This document shows, piece after piece, positions 32,150-42,625 of a stretch of 46,874 nt of DNA. The translations under genes and the position numbers were made by a program. This stretch comes from Methylococcales bacterium. GTDB lineage: Bacteria > Pseudomonadota > Gammaproteobacteria > Methylococcales > Methylomonadaceae. Each line of letters opens with the position of its first letter. Positions within the stretch are counted from its first letter, which is position 1. Under the pieces are notes generated by a model. The model was not told where the DNA came from. It did not search any database and was given only the letters and a program-made list of their open reading frames with translations. The DNA is taken from NCBI GenBank assembly GCA_009692395.1, contig SHZG01000001.1, positions 1 to 46,874 on the forward strand, in the 5' to 3' direction.

Positions 32150-33325
32150 ACAAAAAGGTTCACCATACAGCAAACAGAACGCCAAACTCGCTGGCGCATG
32201 ATTTTAGGTAGTCAGGCGGCGGATAGTATTAATATCAGTTTAAGCGAGGATTCGCTGGCTATCGACCAGTGTTTAGAAGCCTTATATGGCGACCGCGACA
32301 GCAAAGGGCAAAAAGGCGGTTTACAAAGTTCCGCGCCCAATGTGGCGCGGTGGTTAGGCGATATACGGCAATATTTCCCTTCGTCTGTGGTGCGGGTGAT
32401 GCAGCAAGACGCGATTGAACGCCTGAATTTGCGGCAGATGTTGCTCGAGCCTGAATTATTAGAAACGGTAGAAGCAGATATTCATTTAGTTGCTACGCTG
32501 ATTTCGTTGAAACATGTGATTCCTAGTCGCACTAAAGACACGGCGCGGCAAGTGGTGGCTAAAGTCATTGCTGAATTATTAAAACGCTTGCAACAACCGA
32601 TGCAGCAAGCGGTGACAGGCGCGTTAAATCGGTCTGTGCGTAATCTACGCCCGCGTTTGAAAGAAATTGATTGGCATCGCACTATACGCGCCAATTTAAA
32701 AAATTATTTGCCTGAATACCGCACGATTGTTCCTGAAAAATTGATTGGTTTTGGGCGCAAGCGGTCTTCGTTGCGGGATGTGATATTGTGCATCGACCAA
32801 AGCGGCTCAATGGCTCCATCGGTAGTGTATTCCAGTATTTTTGCGGCGGTGATGGCGGTATTCCCGCGCTTAGCACTAAGATGGTGGTATTTGATACGGC
32901 TATTGTCGATTTAACCGAAGAATTACACGATGATCCTGTAGATTTGCTATTTGGTTTGCAACTCGGCGGCGGTATCGATATTAATCGCGCCATTGGTTAT
33001 TGTCAGGGTTTAATCACCCGCCCCGATGACACGGTGTTTATTTTAATCAGCGATTTATACGAAGGCGGCAATGCGAAATCTATGCTTAAGCGGGTTGCCA
33101 GATTGGTGGCTTCAGGCGTACAAGTGATTGCGCTGTTGGCACTCAGTGATGCAGGCGCACCGTTTTACGATCATGATATGGCGACTAAGTTTGCAGGCTT
33201 AGGTGTTCCACCCTTTGCTTGTACAACCCGACCAATTCCCTGATTTAATGGCACACGCGCTCACCAAGCAAGATATGAACAGTTGGGCAGCGAAAGAAGG
33301 CTTAGTGTTGAGTCGGAAAAATTAA
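32150..33325 (+). pseudogene. VWA-domain protein (MIDAS DxSGSM) with two frameshifts and no usable upstream start. Orphan remnant.
   Basis: Frame 1 gives ...RWRMILGSQAAD...LGDIRQYFPSSVVRVMQQDA...CIDQSGSMAPSVVYSSIFAAVMA. A shift near 32855..32862 leads to IPALSTKMVVFDTAIVDLTEEL...ISDLYEGG...PPFAC. A second shift near 33223..33227 leads to (T)PDQFPDLMAHALTKQDMNSWAAKEGLVLSRKN*. An in-frame TAA at 32147 lies just upstream of the RWR motif. Confidence 0.8.
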
Positions 33326-33353
33326 ACTATTACGAAACTAGCTTTTTAGAAAA

Positions 33354-35060
33354 ATGATAAGAATTATTGCAATTGTTGTGTTGATTATTTTAGGTAATGG
33401 TTTGTTCAGTTGGCTGAACAATTTACCTCATGACATCGGTAACGATGTTCCCCACGGTAAGTTAAACAGTTTGTCGTTCGCGCCCTATCACGATCGTCAA
33501 AGTCCGTTTGAAGCCAATTTTCCGACAGCTGCACAAATTGATGCTGATTTAGCGTTGCTTGCTGATAAAACTTACAATATTCGCACTTACGCCAGTTCTG
33601 AAAGTGAAATGCCGTCTATTCCCGTATTGGCACAAAAACATGGTTTAACAGTGACGCAAGGCGCGTGGTTAGGCAGGACGGATAAAGATAATCAACAAGA
33701 AATTAGCTCGCTGATTCACGCCGCAAATACTTATCCCGATGTGATAAAGCGCGTGATTGTTGGTAATGAAGTGTTGTTGCGTAAAGACTTAAAGGTCGAT
33801 GAACTTATCAACATTATTCGTGCGGTCAAAAAAGCCGTTAAACAGCCTGTTTCTTATGCAGATGTTTGGTCGATTTATATGCAGTACCCCCAACTCATTG
33901 ATGAAGTTGATTTTGTTACTATTCATATTCTGCCTTACTGGGAAGATGAGCCTGTGACTATCGAACAAGCCCCTGAGCATATCGTCAATATTTACAAAAA
34001 AATACAAGCAAAAGCCGCAGGAAAAACCATCCTCATTGGTGAATCAGGTTGGCCTAGTGCAGGACGACAACGCGGTTTGGCTGTTGCTAGCGTGGTTAAT
34101 GAAGCGCGTTTTATTCGGGAATTGATTCAATTAGCCAATAAAAACCACTTCGACTACAACATTGTTGAAGCAGTTAATCAGTCGTGGAAAAGTGATTTAG
34201 AAGGCGTAGTCGGAGCTAATTGGGGTTTATTTTCAGCCGATAGAACTGAGGTGTTTCCGCTTACAGGCAAAGTGTATGAATCGCCGCGCTGGGCTATTGG
34301 ATTGTGCGAAGCGACAGGGTTATTTCTACTCGTCACGCTGTGTTTTTGGCGGAAAATTAAAGAGTTAGCCACATTGCATCCTGCTAAAGTATGCGGTTTT
34401 TTAGTGTTTGAACAACTACTTAGTGTTTTATTAGTCAATGAAACTAATTGGTTGTGGGCGACCAGTTTTAACAGTTGGCAGCGGGTCTATGCAGTCACTG
34501 CCATTTTCTTAAGTACCGTAATGGCTGGTTTACTGCTACAGCGTACTTACAAGTTATTGACGCAGCGTATCACGGTAAACAGTGGCGCGTGGCTGTACGC
34601 ACTTTATACGATATTTGTCGGTTTCGCGCTCTATAAAACCTATGGCACGGCTCTCGACGGTCGTTATACCAGCTTTCACTATCTAACAACCTGCATTCCT
34701 GTTATCGGGATGATTTATTTAATGGCAGTGGGTTATTTTATGTCCGACCGCCGTTTTTCATTGCGACTGTTTAGCCTGAATGAATTAATTGGTCGCAGCA
34801 CTGTTCATCAGCGACAAGATAAATTGCTAGGCTATTTGCTGCTCATTATAAGCGTGGCGTTGCTTGTTGGTGAGACCTATGCCTACACCCAAGGCGGCGA
34901 TCTGATACTGGCTTATCCTGAATCAAGCGACCTTGTTTGGCGAGCATTCATGCTGACCGTGAGCAATGAACAATTAATCAAATGGTTTTTGAGTCTAATC
35001 ATCCTCGCGATACCGCTATTGGCTAATGGTTATGTGAAACACGAGTCAGCGCACGATTAA
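33354..35060 (+). CDS. Membrane-anchored glycoside hydrolase family 17 protein (NdvC-like beta-glucan transglycosylase) with a polytopic C-terminal domain
   Basis: N-terminal TM helix. GH17 catalytic blocks VIVGNEVLLR and ILIGESGWPSAG. About 250 aa of multiple hydrophobic helices follow. Confidence 0.8.
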   Translation: MIRIIAIVVLIILGNGLFSWLNNLPHDIGNDVPHGKLNSLSFAPYHDRQSPFEANFPTAAQIDADLALLADKTYNIRTYASSESEMPSIPVLAQKHGLTVTQGAWLGRTDKDNQQEISSLIHAANTYPDVIKRVIVGNEVLLRKDLKVDELINIIRAVKKAVKQPVSYADVWSIYMQYPQLIDEVDFVTIHILPYWEDEPVTIEQAPEHIVNIYKKIQAKAAGKTILIGESGWPSAGRQRGLAVASVVNEARFIRELIQLANKNHFDYNIVEAVNQSWKSDLEGVVGANWGLFSADRTEVFPLTGKVYESPRWAIGLCEATGLFLLVTLCFWRKIKELATLHPAKVCGFLVFEQLLSVLLVNETNWLWATSFNSWQRVYAVTAIFLSTVMAGLLLQRTYKLLTQRITVNSGAWLYALYTIFVGFALYKTYGTALDGRYTSFHYLTTCIPVIGMIYLMAVGYFMSDRRFSLRLFSLNELIGRSTVHQRQDKLLGYLLLIISVALLVGETYAYTQGGDLILAYPESSDLVWRAFMLTVSNEQLIKWFLSLIILAIPLLANGYVKHESAHD

Positions 35061-35067
35061 CTTCTCA

Positions 35068-35090
35068 TTCCCACGCAGCGCGTGGGAATT
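35068..35090. repeat. REP-like palindrome ATTCCCACGC-AGC-GCGTGGGAAT (family B)
   Basis: 10 bp perfect arms, 8 nt after the GH17 gene stop. Shares the TTCCCAC...GTGGGAA core with 28108..28130. Confidence 0.75.
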
Positions 35091-35123
35091 AGGTAACTTT
35101 TATCTTTTTACCCAATAAAAATA

Positions 35124-37355
35124 GTGAACATAAAATCAACCGCTTTAATTATCGCTGCCTTTGTGATGTCATCCTGCGCAGTGGATACACTCAGTCGTAA
35201 AGACACCGCCATCGCCGATAAAGTCAGCAATTTGTTGGCGCAAATGACGCTAGAAGAAAAAATCGGGCAGATGACGCAAATAGATTTTGCTGTGATTGGT
35301 GGCGATCCCAATGCTGATTTTCCTATGGATACCGCTAAACTCAACGATGCTGTTATCAATCATCATGTCGGCTCTATTTTGAATACGCCGTTTGATAAAG
35401 GACGGTCTGTTGAGACGTGGCGAAAAATAATACAGACAGTACAAGATACGGCGGCAAAAACTCGCTTAAAAATCCCTGTGATTTATGGCATTGATGCCAT
35501 TCACGGCGCGACATTCACAAAAAACGCCACCTTATTTCCGCAAGCCATCAATATGGCAGCCACGTTTAATCCTGAATTAAGCGGTAAAGAAGGTGAGATT
35601 ACTGCTCGCGAAATCAAGGTTTCTGGGTTAGCTTGGAATTTTCATCCTGTGATGGATATAGGTCGTCAACCCTTATGGGCGCGGTTATGGGAGACTTATG
35701 GCGAAGATGTGCATTTAGCATCCGTTATGGGTTCAGCCTATATCAAAGGTCATCAAGGCACTGATTTTTCTGCACCCGATAAAGCGGCAACCTGTTTAAA
35801 GCATTTTGTTGGTTACAGTTTTCCTCTAAATGGCAAAGATAGAACCCCTGCGTGGATAAGCGAAAGAATGTTACGCGAGTATTTTCTACCCACGTTTGAA
35901 GCAGGCGTAAAAGCAGGCTCACCAACCGTTATGGTCAATTCTGGCGAAGTTGATGGTATTCCCGGCCATGCAAATCATCATTATCTGACCACGATTTTGC
36001 GTGAAGAAATGGGCTTTAAAGGTGTTACAGTGTCCGACTGGGAAGATATACAGCGGCTTTATACCCGCGACAAGCTGGCGGCTTCACCTAAGGAAGCGGT
36101 CAAAATTGCCGTCATGGCAGGCATTGATATGAGCATGGTGCCGAATGATTTTTCGTTTAGTGAGCTATTACTGGAGTTGGTTAACTCCAATGAAGTGCCG
36201 TTGGCGCGTATTGATGAAGCGGTTGCACGCATACTCACGGTCAAATATCAAACGGGATTATTCAACCCCAACACGACTTTTTTACCCATTAATCAATTTG
36301 CCACCGCTGCCGCCCAGCAGATTAACCAGCAAGCGGCGCATGAGTCTATTGTGTTAGCGAAAAATGCAAACTCTGTATTACCGTTAAAAAAATCAGCATC
36401 CATTTTAGTAACAGGGCCAACGGCTAATTTACTGAGCATTCTGAACGGCGGCTGGACTATGACGTGGAATGGCGATAATGAAAGCCTGTATCCGCACGAT
36501 AAAGCCACGGTATTAAAAGCCTTGCAACAAAAATCGACGGGTAAAATTACTTATGTCGAGGGCAGTTCTTTTGACACGGAAAAGGATATAAATAAAGTCA
36601 TTGCCGAAGCAAAAAACCATGATTATGTACTGCTTTGTTTAGGGGAAAAAACATACATTGAAACCTTGGGTAATATTGAGTCACTTGCCCTCGAACCTGC
36701 ACAAATGAAACTGGCTAATGCCGTTCTTGCCACGGGTAAGCCTGTTATTTTATTGATGTTAGGCGGTCGTCCACGCATTATTACACCGATTGCCGACCAA
36801 GCCGCAGGTGTTTTGCTGGGCTTTTTACCGAGCATGGAAGGCGGTGTCGCGATTGCTAATATTTTATATGGCGATTATAACCCTAATGGCAAATTACCGA
36901 TTTCTTACCCAAGAAATACCAACGGTATCACGCCTTATGATTACAAACCCAGCGAAGTTTTTAAGCCGAATACTTATTCCCCACTGTATCCATTTGCGCA
37001 TGGTTTAAGTTACACCACTTTTGCAACCAGCGGTTTAACGCTAGAAAAACACGCTATCACTCGTTCAGAAACGCTTAATGTTACGGTGCAAGTAAAAAAC
37101 ACGGGCGCAGTTAAAGGTAAAGAAGTGGTTTTGTTGTATCTCAATGACTTAGCTGCATCAGTAACACGCCCGAATAAACAACTCAAAGCCTTTAAAAAAG
37201 TCGAATTAAATCCCAATCAAACCGAAACCATCACCTTTACGCTCACGCCTGCCGATTTATCGTTTATCGGTGTGGATTTGAAGCGAATTATTGAAGCGGG
37301 TGACTTTAACGTCATGATTGGCAATGAATCAGCAACCTTGACCGTGACCCAATAA
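35124..37355 (+). CDS. bglX: Periplasmic/lipoprotein GH3 beta-glucosidase (BglX-like)
   Basis: GTG start and lipobox VMSSC. GH3 blocks [26 protein letters not shown] (nucleophile Asp region) and a C-terminal Fn3-like domain. Confidence 0.88.
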   Translation: MNIKSTALIIAAFVMSSCAVDTLSRKDTAIADKVSNLLAQMTLEEKIGQMTQIDFAVIGGDPNADFPMDTAKLNDAVINHHVGSILNTPFDKGRSVETWRKIIQTVQDTAAKTRLKIPVIYGIDAIHGATFTKNATLFPQAINMAATFNPELSGKEGEITAREIKVSGLAWNFHPVMDIGRQPLWARLWETYGEDVHLASVMGSAYIKGHQGTDFSAPDKAATCLKHFVGYSFPLNGKDRTPAWISERMLREYFLPTFEAGVKAGSPTVMVNSGEVDGIPGHANHHYLTTILREEMGFKGVTVSDWEDIQRLYTRDKLAASPKEAVKIAVMAGIDMSMVPNDFSFSELLLELVNSNEVPLARIDEAVARILTVKYQTGLFNPNTTFLPINQFATAAAQQINQQAAHESIVLAKNANSVLPLKKSASILVTGPTANLLSILNGGWTMTWNGDNESLYPHDKATVLKALQQKSTGKITYVEGSSFDTEKDINKVIAEAKNHDYVLLCLGEKTYIETLGNIESLALEPAQMKLANAVLATGKPVILLMLGGRPRIITPIADQAAGVLLGFLPSMEGGVAIANILYGDYNPNGKLPISYPRNTNGITPYDYKPSEVFKPNTYSPLYPFAHGLSYTTFATSGLTLEKHAITRSETLNVTVQVKNTGAVKGKEVVLLYLNDLAASVTRPNKQLKAFKKVELNPNQTETITFTLTPADLSFIGVDLKRIIEAGDFNVMIGNESATLTVTQ

Positions 37356-38626
37356 TGACTTCTCATACCACTGGCAGCAATGAAAAAACTAACTGGGGCG
37401 CGTTGACAGTATTGACCTCGCTGTTTTTTATCTGGGGTTTTATAACTTGTTTAAATGATATTTTAATTCCGCACCTCAAAGCCGTTTTTACGTTGCATTA
37501 CGCACAAGCCATGCTCATTCAATTTTGCTTTTTTATGGCGTATTTTATTGTTTCTGTACCCAGTAGCTATCTCATTAAAAAAATTGATTATAAAGGCGGC
37601 ATTATTGCGGGTTTAGCAGTCGCGGGCGTGGGCTGTTTGCTATTTTATCCAGCCGCCAGTACACGTTCTTACCCGTTATTTTTAGCCGCTTTTTTTGTGT
37701 TAGCCTCAGGGATTACCTTATTGCAAGTAGCGGCGAATCCCTATGTCACCGTGTTAGGCAGTGCGGAAACTGCCTCAAGTCGGCTAACACTAACGCAAGC
37801 CTTTAACGCATTAGGCACAACCATCGCCCCTTATTTTGGCGCGTTGTTTATTCTTAATACCGCCGTAAAAACCGCCGAGGAAATAAAGCAACTGGGTGCA
37901 GAAGAACTTTCAATCTATCAAGCCAGCCAAGCTGCCGCTGTGCAACAGCCTTATTTAGTGCTTGCCGCACTATTATTTTTTGTCGCTGTTATTTTTGTAC
38001 TGATTAAACTGCCTAAAATTGCCGCTACAACAACGCAACTAGATGAGACTGACAACACGCACCACAGCGCGTTGAGCTACAAACATTTGCTACTTGGTGC
38101 AATTGCTATTTTTGTTTATGTGGGCGGTGAGGTTTCTATCGGTAGTTTTCTTATTAGTTTTCTCAGTGAACCCACGGTTGCACAGTTAGACACCCAACAA
38201 GCAGGAAAATATGTGTCTTTTTATTGGGGCGGGGCAATGGTGGGGCGATTTGTTGGTTTTGCTGTTATGCAAAAAATTCACGCTAGCAAAGTGCTAATTT
38301 TTAATGCCGTGGTCGCCGCACTACTGGTTTTACTAACTATTTTGAGCAGTGGGCAATTGGCGATGTGGGCTATTCTTGCCATTGGATTATTTAACTCCAT
38401 TATGTTTCCCACTATTTTTTCACTCGCGCTGCGTGGTTTGGGTCAATATACCGAGCAAGGCTCTGGTATTTTATGCGCGGCAATCGTTGGCGGTGCTATT
38501 CTTCCCGTCGTACAAGGACTGTGTGCCGATGTCATCGGCATTCAATATGCGTTCTGTATACCGCTGCTTTGCTACTGCTATATTGCTTATTATGGCTGGT
38601 TTGTTCACAAGACCATCGAAGTTTAG
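37355..38626 (+). CDS. MFS sugar transporter (glucose/galactose GluP / FucP family)
   Basis: 423 aa with 12 predicted TM helices. The N-terminus [23 protein letters not shown] is the hallmark of GluP/FucP-type permeases. Its start overlaps the bglX stop (TAATG). Confidence 0.85.
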   Translation: MTSHTTGSNEKTNWGALTVLTSLFFIWGFITCLNDILIPHLKAVFTLHYAQAMLIQFCFFMAYFIVSVPSSYLIKKIDYKGGIIAGLAVAGVGCLLFYPAASTRSYPLFLAAFFVLASGITLLQVAANPYVTVLGSAETASSRLTLTQAFNALGTTIAPYFGALFILNTAVKTAEEIKQLGAEELSIYQASQAAAVQQPYLVLAALLFFVAVIFVLIKLPKIAATTTQLDETDNTHHSALSYKHLLLGAIAIFVYVGGEVSIGSFLISFLSEPTVAQLDTQQAGKYVSFYWGGAMVGRFVGFAVMQKIHASKVLIFNAVVAALLVLLTILSSGQLAMWAILAIGLFNSIMFPTIFSLALRGLGQYTEQGSGILCAAIVGGAILPVVQGLCADVIGIQYAFCIPLLCYCYIAYYGWFVHKTIEV

Positions 38627-38633
38627 GTGATAA

Positions 38634-38666
38634 ATGACTGCCAGTCCTTGAAGGACTGGCAGTCAT
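38634..38666 (+). terminator. Strong hairpin after the MFS gene (ATGACTGCCAGTCC-TTGAA-GGACTGGCAGTCAT)
   Basis: 14 bp perfect stem, 8 nt after the stop. Only a weak T tract follows (ATTCTT). Confidence 0.55.
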
Positions 38667-38732
38667 ATTCTTGAAAACTTATCCGCATTTACTTAGAACT
38701 CGATTCGCCTTTTTTAAAATACCCACTCACTT

Positions 38733-41330
38733 ATGAAATTTTCAAGATTCAGCAGTTTAATCTTCATCCTCGCGCTATTAGGAAATCTGTTGGTTTGGGT
38801 GGGGCTAAATCCCAGTGAAACGCCACCGAATTGGCACGGTAAATTACACGGGCTTGCCTACACGCCGCACCAAGCGATTAAAAGCTATGATGAATTAACG
38901 GCGAATCCCAATGTTACACTGGAACAAATTGAAGCGGATTTCAACATTTTTGCCGACAAAGTGAATAACGTACGTATTTATTCGGCAACTCACGGGCAAG
39001 AAAAAGTGCCTATGGTTGCACAAAAATACAATATACAGGTGATGGCTGGCGCGTGGATTAATGATAATGCAGAACAAAATACACAGGAAATTAACGCGCT
39101 CATTACACTGGCTAATCAATACAGTAATATCAACAGAGTGTTAGTGGGTAACGAAGTCTTGTTTCGGCAAGAATTGTCAGTTAAGCAATTGAGCGATTAT
39201 GTAGACCAAGTCAAAATCCAAGTACATCAGCCTGTTAGTGTCGGTGAGCCGTGGAATATTTGGTTAAAAAATCCTGAGCTGGTTAAACACGTTGATTTTA
39301 TTGCCGTGCATATTTTTCCTTATTGGCAAGGCAACAGCATTGAAAGTGCGGTGGCTGAAATGCAGTACCGTTATGAGGAATTACACCGCGCTTATCCAGA
39401 CAAAGCCATCGTTATTGCCGAAGCAGGCTGGCCCAGCAAAGGTAATTTTAATGGTGCAGCAAAGGCTTCTTTAGTGAACGAAGCCCGTTTTGTACGCCAG
39501 TTTGTCAATTTTTCTGCTACTCATAGTTACGATTACTACCTCATGGAAGCCTTTGATCAGCCGTGGAAACATTCAACAGAAGGCGAAGGGGGTGGTGCAG
39601 CAGGAGAACATTGGGGCGTTTTTGATTCAATAGGACGGCAAAAATTTCCTTTTGTTGGCGCAGTCAGTGAAAATCCGTGGTGGATACCCGAAGCAATCAC
39701 CGCACTCGCATTGGCTTTATTACCCACTTTTCTTTTTTGGCGACACAGCAAAGGCATTCGATTACGAGGACAATTCGCCTATCTTTTTTTGATCCAAGCG
39801 TTCAGCTCTTTGCTCAGTTATTGCTTGTTTGCGCCCGTGATGAAAGGCTTAAGCCTCTACAGTATCGCCGCGTGGGGTTTATTATTACCCGTGCAGTTGC
39901 TATTAATGGCAGTGGTGTTAATTAATGGTTTTGAATGGGTAGAATTACTCTGGAAACGTCGCCAACGTGAACATCAACCGCTCACCGCCCCTCTACTAGC
40001 AGAAAATAATCAACCCAAAGTATCCCTCCACGTCGCCATCTGTAATGAGCCGCCGGATTTAGTGATTGCCACGTTAAACGGTTTAGCACAACTGGATTAT
40101 GATAATTATGAAGTGTTGGTGATTGATAACAATACCAGTGATGCCGCGTTATGGTTGCCTGTACAAGCCCATTGTGAGCAATTAGGCGAGCGGTTTCGTT
40201 TTTTTACCTTAGGAAAATGGCAAGGTTTCAAAGCGGGCGCATTAAATTTTGCCTTACAACACACCGCTGCCGATGCTGAAATTATAGGGGTTATTGACAG
40301 CGATTACGCCGTTGAAGCCAATTGGCTACGCAGTCTTGTTCCATATTTTCAAGATAGCAAAGTCGGTTTTGTCCAAGCCCCTCAAGATCACCGCGACTGG
40401 CAACACGATAGTTTTCAAGAAATGTGTAACTGGGAATACGCGGGCTTTTTTAATATCGGCATGGTACATCGTCATGATAGAGATGCCATTATTCAACACG
40501 GCACGATGACCTTGATTCGTAAAAGCGCGTTAGCGCAAGTCGGTAATTGGTCGGAATGGTGTATTTGTGAAGATGCGGAATTGGGTTTAAGTCTAATGGA
40601 ACAAGGCTATAACGCGGTGTATGTTAATCATGCGTTTGGCAAAGGGCTAACGCCGCTAACCTTTGCGGGTTTTAAAAAACAACGTTTTCGCTGGGTCTAT
40701 GGCGCGGTACAAATTCTGCGCCATCATTGGAAAAATTTAATCAATCCACGCAGTCACCTAACGACAGAACAACGCTATCACTTTTTAGCAGGCTGGCTAC
40801 CGTGGTTTGCCGATGCACTCAGTCTCATCTCAACAGTGGGCGCGGTATTTTGGTCGGCGGCTTTAATTATCGCACCCGATTATTCGCGTTTTCCTTTGGA
40901 TATGTTTCTCATCACCGCTGTGAGTTTATTTGTTTTCAAAATCGTCTACGGCTTATCGTTATACAGTGCCTTAGTGCCTTGCACACTAAAGCAACGCCTC
41001 GGCGCGGCAATTGCAGGCATGAGTTTAACGCACACTATCGCACTCGGTGTTATTCGCGGTTTATTAACCACTAATCAACCCTTTCTACGCACTGCCAAAG
41101 CCGAAGACAAACCCGCATTGCTACAAAGTTTGTTAATGGTACGCGAAGAACTGGTCATGTTAATCGGCTTATTAACCGCGATGACTGCCATTATTTTCCA
41201 CTACAACATAGCCGAACCCGATGTTATTTGGTGGCTGATTATTCTCAGTATTTTATCGCTACCCTATATTGCCGCATTGATTATGTCGTTGGTTACTATC
41301 AAAACGGTGACCAACACAGCCGTGAAGTAG
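38733..41330 (+). CDS. ndvB: NdvB-like bifunctional beta-1,3-glucan synthase: N-terminal GH17 domain, TM region, C-terminal processive GT2 domain
   Basis: GH17 blocks VLVGNEVLFR and VIAEAGWPSKG. GT2 blocks VAICNEPPDLV, VLVIDNNTSD, VIDSDY, CEDAELG and QRFRWVYG (QxxRW). At 865 aa the architecture matches the Pseudomonas aeruginosa NdvB type. Confidence 0.82.
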   Translation: MKFSRFSSLIFILALLGNLLVWVGLNPSETPPNWHGKLHGLAYTPHQAIKSYDELTANPNVTLEQIEADFNIFADKVNNVRIYSATHGQEKVPMVAQKYNIQVMAGAWINDNAEQNTQEINALITLANQYSNINRVLVGNEVLFRQELSVKQLSDYVDQVKIQVHQPVSVGEPWNIWLKNPELVKHVDFIAVHIFPYWQGNSIESAVAEMQYRYEELHRAYPDKAIVIAEAGWPSKGNFNGAAKASLVNEARFVRQFVNFSATHSYDYYLMEAFDQPWKHSTEGEGGGAAGEHWGVFDSIGRQKFPFVGAVSENPWWIPEAITALALALLPTFLFWRHSKGIRLRGQFAYLFLIQAFSSLLSYCLFAPVMKGLSLYSIAAWGLLLPVQLLLMAVVLINGFEWVELLWKRRQREHQPLTAPLLAENNQPKVSLHVAICNEPPDLVIATLNGLAQLDYDNYEVLVIDNNTSDAALWLPVQAHCEQLGERFRFFTLGKWQGFKAGALNFALQHTAADAEIIGVIDSDYAVEANWLRSLVPYFQDSKVGFVQAPQDHRDWQHDSFQEMCNWEYAGFFNIGMVHRHDRDAIIQHGTMTLIRKSALAQVGNWSEWCICEDAELGLSLMEQGYNAVYVNHAFGKGLTPLTFAGFKKQRFRWVYGAVQILRHHWKNLINPRSHLTTEQRYHFLAGWLPWFADALSLISTVGAVFWSAALIIAPDYSRFPLDMFLITAVSLFVFKIVYGLSLYSALVPCTLKQRLGAAIAGMSLTHTIALGVIRGLLTTNQPFLRTAKAEDKPALLQSLLMVREELVMLIGLLTAMTAIIFHYNIAEPDVIWWLIILSILSLPYIAALIMSLVTIKTVTNTAVK

Positions 41331-41401
41331 GGGCAGGTCTTGTGCCTGCCCTTAATAAATCGGTACATTATTTAAGGGCAACCACAAGGGATTGCCCCTA
41401 C
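41328..41401. repeat. Compound REP-like element (family D): nested hairpins bracketed by GTAGGGG...CCCCTAC
   Basis: GGGCAGG-TCTTGTG-CCTGCCC (41331..41351) and GGGCAA-(10)-TTGCCC (41376..41397). The outer GTAGGGG (41328) pairs with CCCCTAC (41395..41401). It overlaps the ndvB stop. Confidence 0.65.
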
Positions 41402-41486
41402 CGTACTACGCATTACATTCACCCTGTGAGTCAATAAGCTCTAAAATAGAAACCATTAGCAACAATAAACGGCAAAATCAGCGTTC

Positions 41487-42065
41487 GTGGCAAAAAAAAT
41501 TCTCACTCCAGAAGACAGTGATTTGTTTCGACAAACTATCGGCACAGTGCTTGCTGTCAAGCGTGACAAGGTTTCATTAACCAACACGACGAAACCTAAG
41601 CCGTATCCTAAACCTGCGGTTATTAACGTCGATGGTCACTTCATCGACACCACAACCGCTTTGCCTATTGAAAAAGTCGGCATTGAAGATATCCTGAGTT
41701 TTTTAAATACAGGGCTACAACACGCCGTATTAAAAAAACTACGCAGTGGGTTTTTTGGTTTAGATGCAGAAATAGACCTGCATGGTCTTAATAGCACCGA
41801 AGCCAAACGCCAACTCCTGCATTTTCTGCACTATTGCGTTGAAGACGGTTATCGGTGTGTGCATATCGTACACGGTAAAGGGCATCGTTCCCCAGAGCAG
41901 CATCCTGTGTTAAAAAATAATATCAATATATGGCTAAGACAACATAAAGACGTACAAGCATTCTGTTCAGCAACGCCTAAAAATGGCGGCACGGGTGCAG
42001 TGGTCGTGTTATTGCAGTTATCAGAAAAATACAGTTTTTCAAATAAGACGGATTTTCCACCATGA
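41487..42065 (+). CDS. Smr (small MutS-related) domain protein
   Basis: GTG start. The C-terminal Smr domain runs EIDLHGLNSTEAKRQLLHFL...VHIVHGKGHRS...LKNNINIWL. Confidence 0.8.
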   Translation: MAKKILTPEDSDLFRQTIGTVLAVKRDKVSLTNTTKPKPYPKPAVINVDGHFIDTTTALPIEKVGIEDILSFLNTGLQHAVLKKLRSGFFGLDAEIDLHGLNSTEAKRQLLHFLHYCVEDGYRCVHIVHGKGHRSPEQHPVLKNNINIWLRQHKDVQAFCSATPKNGGTGAVVVLLQLSEKYSFSNKTDFPP

Positions 42066-42148
42066 AAATCAGCTACATCAATCATGACAAATCTTGCTAA
42101 ATCATATAAAAAAGAAACTTTATTATTAAAACCATTTCGGAGAATCAC

Positions 42149-42625
42149 ATGAACATCATACAAATATTAACTGACGCAGTGCAGTTATTCAAAAAACTAC
42201 TGAATGATTTAAGCGGCAAACGTAGCTTGGTTTATTTGCTAACTTTGGCTATTGCGGTGTCTTTAGGCGCGGGTTTTATACTTTATACTATTGACCCTAG
42301 TGTTCACTCATTGACCGATGGTATTTGGTCTGCGTGGGTGACGATGACTCATGTCGGGTTTGGTGATGTCGTGCCGACTTCGCTATTAGGTCGTTTGTTT
42401 TCAGCGGGGTTAATTTTGTTTGGGCTGGCGTTGTTTTCCTTATGTACCGCGATATTGTCCGCGTCATTAATCGGTAAAAATATAGATACATGGGGCGATA
42501 ACGTGCGCCATATTGAACAAGAAACCAATCGTATTGAAGCCGATGAAGATAAAATTCTCAGCGAATTAGCCAGACTGCATGAACGCATGGAACGCCTAGA
42601 AACTGCACTAAAAGAAAAATCATGA
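42149..42625 (+). CDS. Small two-TM potassium-channel-like protein (Ion_trans_2) with a C-terminal coiled coil
   Basis: Pore/selectivity-filter-like sequence [14 protein letters not shown] between two hydrophobic helices. Its stop overlaps the ispD start (ATGATGA). Confidence 0.75.
   Translation: MNIIQILTDAVQLFKKLLNDLSGKRSLVYLLTLAIAVSLGAGFILYTIDPSVHSLTDGIWSAWVTMTHVGFGDVVPTSLLGRLFSAGLILFGLALFSLCTAILSASLIGKNIDTWGDNVRHIEQETNRIEADEDKILSELARLHERMERLETALKEKS

Noticed and set aside
31903-32199. 98 aa minus-strand ORF in the ispF-VWA gap
   Set aside because: It spans the palindromic repeats, has a low-complexity hydrophobic composition, and shows no motif or ribbon of conservation. It is most likely a chance ORF in AT-rich noncoding DNA.
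38349-38630. 93 aa plus-strand ORF overlapping the 3' end of the MFS transporter in another frame
   Set aside because: It lies entirely inside the transporter gene, whose 12-TM architecture is complete without it. It has no independent signals.
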